Below are positions 32,082 through 36,162 of a stretch of 36,162 nt of DNA, piece after piece (positions within the stretch are counted from its first letter, which is position 1; the number at the start of each line of letters is the position of its first letter). Under the pieces are notes generated by a model. It worked only from the letters and a program-made list of their open reading frames with translations, made no database searches and was not told where the DNA came from. The stretch covers positions 1 to 36,162 of the forward strand of contig FLMG01002561.1 of assembly GCA_900088475.1 (NCBI GenBank), written 5' to 3'. The stretch is from Hyphochytrium catenoides. Lineage: Eukaryota; Protista; Hyphochytriomycota. Position numbers and translations under genes: made by a program.

Positions 32082-35000
32082 TCATCTCCGGCGCTTTGAT
32101 TGGTTCCCTTTTGTAGGTTGGAGGTTACGTTTGGTGCCTGCGCCATTCTGGCTTTTTGACTGCTGCTTGGCTACCTTGGCGTCACTTTCATCGCTCTCTT
32201 CTGAGTCATCCTCATAATCCTCTTCGTCTTCGCTATCTTCTAATTGGTCCTCCGAGTGGTCCTCTTCCTCATCTTCGACATCATCTTCTTCCTCATCATC
32301 TTGTTCATTTTCATCACTGCTCGACTCGTCATGTCGCCTTGTAATCTCCTTAGGGCTCTTTGTGGTTCCTTTGCCGTCTTCACTATCTCCTTCACTGTCT
32401 ACTCCCTCGCTCTCTCCCTCTGTCTCCTCTTGCGCGTTCTTGTCCATTGACCGATCTTTCATCGAAGGTGACTTGCTCTTCTCCTTCTTGTCCGCTGCTT
32501 CCTCACTCTCTTCGCCTTCGCTTTCGCCAAACTCCTCGCTATCCTCGCTCTCTATGGCGTTTCTAGTTAGCGTTTTTGAGAGAGAGCTTATAGAGAAGAG
32601 GAAAGACGAGGAAAAGGACACCTATCACACGAAGCAGAGCGGGCAAGAGAGCGGTGACTCGATGAGGTCTTCTCGGGCAAGGGTAAATGTTAGCAGAGAA
32701 AGTATCCCATCACAGGGAGAAGAAGAAGAGCCGTCCACAGCAGGAACTCAGAACATGGAATATATTACCGCTTCCAATAGCGAGTCCTTGATATTCCTCC
32801 TCTTCCTCCTCGGACTCAGGCTCAGCAGACTGTTTAGTGGCAGAGGTTCCCTTCTCCTCCATATCAGGACAGAAGAGCGAGGCTGTCAACCTTTGTTTGA
32901 GGTAGGCTGTCTTCTTCAGCTGCAGACAGGAGAAGGGCACCGAGCAAAATGTGAGAACACGCAACAGGGTTCGAGAAAGCAGAAGGGGACATAAATCGTC
33001 TCTGAGCTCTCAAGTGACGAATGAAGGAGATGCAGGGAGGGAACCAGAGTAAACTTGCGACACGAGTGCGAAATCACCGTAAAGCACAGCAGTTCAAAAG
33101 ACGGCGAGCCAGTCGTTAGAAGAGGGCATCTGGCTGCATCAGTGCCTGTCAAAGAGATGTGACGGGTGCTTTCGGCATTACCTTCCTGGTTCTTGTGTCA
33201 TAGACGTAAAGACTTCTATCAAGGCTAGCCACAGACAGATAAGGCAGACTTTGATGGCAAGATAACCTGTCCATGTAGGGGAATACAACAGGAACGAGAC
33301 AATGGTTTTTTGAGGAACGTTAGGACGGCTATTCATATTCAGCTCGCGAGATCTCAGACAAAAGGAGGCGAGCGATGGCGAGGGTGAGACTTGCAGGGGA
33401 GACGGCCAGTCAAACCGTACAAGAATAAGCTAAAAAGCGGAGACAAAAGGCGCAGGATCAGAAGAGTAAAGGCACAGAGGGTGAAAAACCGGAAAGAGTA
33501 AGAAACAATAGAGGGAAAGGTAAGGAGGTCACTTAAGCCTCCGACTTACGATCGAATCGACCCTCCAGGCCCGACGAATCGAGCAACCTGCCAAAGATCC
33601 CCCGAGAAGACACGGGTGGTCAGTACTATGTGTAATTTAGAGGACTGAAAGCAGAGAAAAGGTGCACGTAGTGTATCGCCAACAAGAGATAAAAGAAAGC
33701 GTTAAGTCACTCAGCTCGGTCAAGAGTCTCAAGTCCCGGGGTACAAGTGTCTGCGTCTCCCTGGCGGAGAAAAGGCCAGGAAAGCATCAAGAGGTACGAC
33801 GCATACCGGCTTCATGGCTCTAAGATCAAAGGCAGTCACCGTGCCAATGGTATCTCCATAGTATAGCTCGTTTTCGGATGATGAAAGGCAGATCACTTGT
33901 ACTGGGTGCTCGCCCACCTCTACAAACGCGGGACCCGGGGGAGGGAAAAGAGAGAAAGAGAGTGAGAGAGACATAGATAGAGGAAGGGAGCCACAGGGAC
34001 GGACAGATGGAGAGCAAGCGAGACGGATACAGAGACCGCAGAGGACGAGAGAGAGACTGTTATTAGTTACCTAGGCCTTCGCAGAATGAGAAAGGGATAG
34101 CTGATATAGTTGGAGGCTTTGAGGAAAGGGTGTAGGAATGGAAGAGCAAGAGACATGTGCTGCCGTCCAGAACAGCTATGAACTCACCAAAGTCATGAAC
34201 GGGTCTTCTTTTAACACTGGTGTCGTAGAGGCGAATCTGTCCGTGGCCAGTGCCAGTGATTAACTTGAAGTTCTCTCCTGACCCTTGTCCTAGGAACTAG
34301 ACATATACAGTCGATGTGAGAGGAGGGAGAAATGATGCGACATGGAGAGCACTAAGTGATGTGACAGAGGTGCAACTAAAGGCGAAGACAGTGAAGGAGT
34401 AGGAAAACCGAAAGAAAGAGAGAGAGCCGCAGAGAGACAGAATATGGGCCCACATAATAATAGCAACCCAAGAAGGACATGTTATTCTACCTTGACATCC
34501 TTGATCCACACCGGCACTCGAAGATCTAGCTTGTCGTGCGGCACATTCTTGGCCTGGACCAACAGAAACAGATGAGGAGAGTGACAGCCAACTTACGGAA
34601 AAGTTTATCTAAAGGAGGAATGCCCTCAGTAGGAGAGAGTCAATGAAGAAGACGTATGAAAAAAGGATACGTATGAAATGTCAGGTAATCAGCTGGGATG
34701 ATAGCATGAACAGGGGATGAAGGGGAGAGAAACAGCACCTTGAAGATGCTTTGCTGCTTCTCGAGGCTCCACAGTCCTAGATCATGCTCCTTGCCACCCA
34801 CAGCAATGACTGAGACGAACAATTTTCTCTGAGCACACCCTTCTCATATCAGTAGCGTTCAAGATAGTATCCCTACCTGCAGCCTCGTGCGGCTCTAGGG
34901 TCATCCTACATACACTCTTCCCAACCTCAAACTACGACACCGAGGGAGACGCATGAGCAGGGAGAGAGAGAGAGATGCACAGTACGTTCACGCCGGTAAA

Positions 35001-35588
35001 CAGAAGCAGAGGAGGCGTTGGTTGCTAGGTACAGGGTAGGCACAGAGACAAAGGAACTAACGTGGGGAGACACCGGGACATGACATCACCATGTGAGACA
35101 TAAAGCGACCAAGATCCCCTTTTAAAGAGGGAAAGACACAAAGAGTTTAGGTTGACAGACAAAGCTGGAGAGCATACCTGTGCTGCTGACGCATCAGAGT
35201 CCAAGTGCTTCACTTGCACCAGCCCATCCTCGGTGCAGGAGACTGCTGAACGGAACTTCTCGATGACGCTTAGCCCCACCGCTTTGCCCTGGATCTTATA
35301 ATGAGACAGCTGCTTCCCTTGGTCTCCGTCCCAAAGCTGCACTACGCCGTTTCTAATGAAAGAGGGCAGATATTGAGACAGTCACACTCCGACTAAAGTG
35401 GCCATGCTTTAACTCGGTTAGCACTCGTACCTTCGAGCCACAACGAACTCATCGTCGTTGCCGCACCAAGCCAGCGCATCTATGCACTCCGAGCGGTCCT
35501 GCTGTTGCCCCGGCCAAAGGTCTATTCTACCTGTTTCTACCGTGGTCTTCTTCAACAGCCCCGTCTCATCGCCTGATATCACCTTCAT
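32082..35588 (-). CDS. WDR74: WD-repeat 60S ribosome biogenesis factor WDR74/Nsa1 with long acidic C-terminal tail, ~11 exons
   Basis: MKVISGDETGLLK...IAVGGKEHDLGLWSL...|AKNVPHDKLDLRVPVWIKD...TGTGHGQIRLYDTSVKRRPV...GGSIRS|LSCHQSLPYLSVASLDRSL...YLKQRLT. These are the characteristic Nsa1/WDR74 motifs. Confidence 0.92.
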
Positions 35589-35865
35589 CTGGCTGATGTG
35601 GGGAGCAGCTTAGCCTTCGTTTCTAATCGTAGGTCAAAGGAAAGGAGCTTGCACTGCTAAGAGAAGAGATTGGGAAGAGATAGCAACCACGCTGCAATGC
35701 TGCGCGTACGACCCGAAAGAGCGAGCGGGTCCGGGGCCAGCAGGATGTTGTACTTCTTTGTTCTCTTCTCTCTCTCTTCGTTATGGAGTCACACCTGATA
35801 TCTATGATGCGGCTCTCGTCCTTCCTAGAGCTTGGTGCTGGTGCCTGCCAATGCACTCTCCCCCA

Positions 35866-35912
35866 CTCTCTCTCTCTCTCTCTCTCTCCTCCCCTCTCTC
35901 TCTTTTTCCTCT
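35866..35912. repeat. (CT)n microsatellite upstream of WDR74
   Basis: ctctctctct runs; a second (CT)n run starts at about 36143 and reaches the window end. Confidence 0.85.
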
Positions 35913-36162
35913 CCTATAAGGAAGGGAGGAGCTGGGTGTCAGACAGCGATCAGAACTCCGACGAAGCGGTGTGAGAACTTGCCCAACCACCAACCACCCA
36001 ACTGTGGGAATAGCTAACTCCTGAGAAGGAGGAGCCCTTGTATTACATAGAGGCTTACAGGGGCCAAGGTCGTGGGAATTAAGAACCGATGTAACGGTCA
36101 GTTGCAGTACAAATTCTGCCTTCTCTGCTGATGGCTCCTTCCTTTCTCTCTCTCTCTCTCTC

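Noticed and set aside
32362-32994. 210-aa plus-strand ORF, and similar ORFs opposite the 1222-aa exon
   Set aside because: Antisense to acidic or low-complexity coding sequence, with no independent protein features.
1-36162. Alternative genetic code, U12-type introns, tRNA/rRNA/snRNA, CRISPR or transposon ORFs
   Set aside because: All in-frame stops within conserved genes are explained by ordinary introns, and TAA, TAG and TGA all serve as terminal stops. No GTATCC/ATATCC donors were needed, and no RNA-gene, repeat-spacer, transposase or RT signatures were recognised by eye.

Overview
Gene-dense, intron-rich eukaryotic (protist-like) nuclear DNA using the standard genetic code, with three N-gaps and many (CT/AG)n tracts. 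The ORF track is fragmented by about 84 short spliceosomal introns. Manual splicing gives eight genes on strictly alternating strands: condensin CAP-G (+), an ADP-ribosylglycohydrolase-family protein with a signal-peptide-like N-terminus (-), a SAP-DCN1 fusion (+), a ~2,500-aa protein (-), a discoidin-like/IPT-TIG-like/ARM-like protein (+), a Nab2-type CCCH protein with a duplicated unnamed Cys-rich module (-), exocyst Sec15 (+) and WDR74/Nsa1 (-). The ~2,500-aa model joins LRRs, a Gag-like Zn knuckle, IQ motifs, a MABP-like triple repeat and an EF-hand module; the ORF track shows it only as unrelated pieces. No RNA genes, CRISPR arrays or intact mobile elements were recognised. All domain calls come from motif recognition by eye, not database searches.
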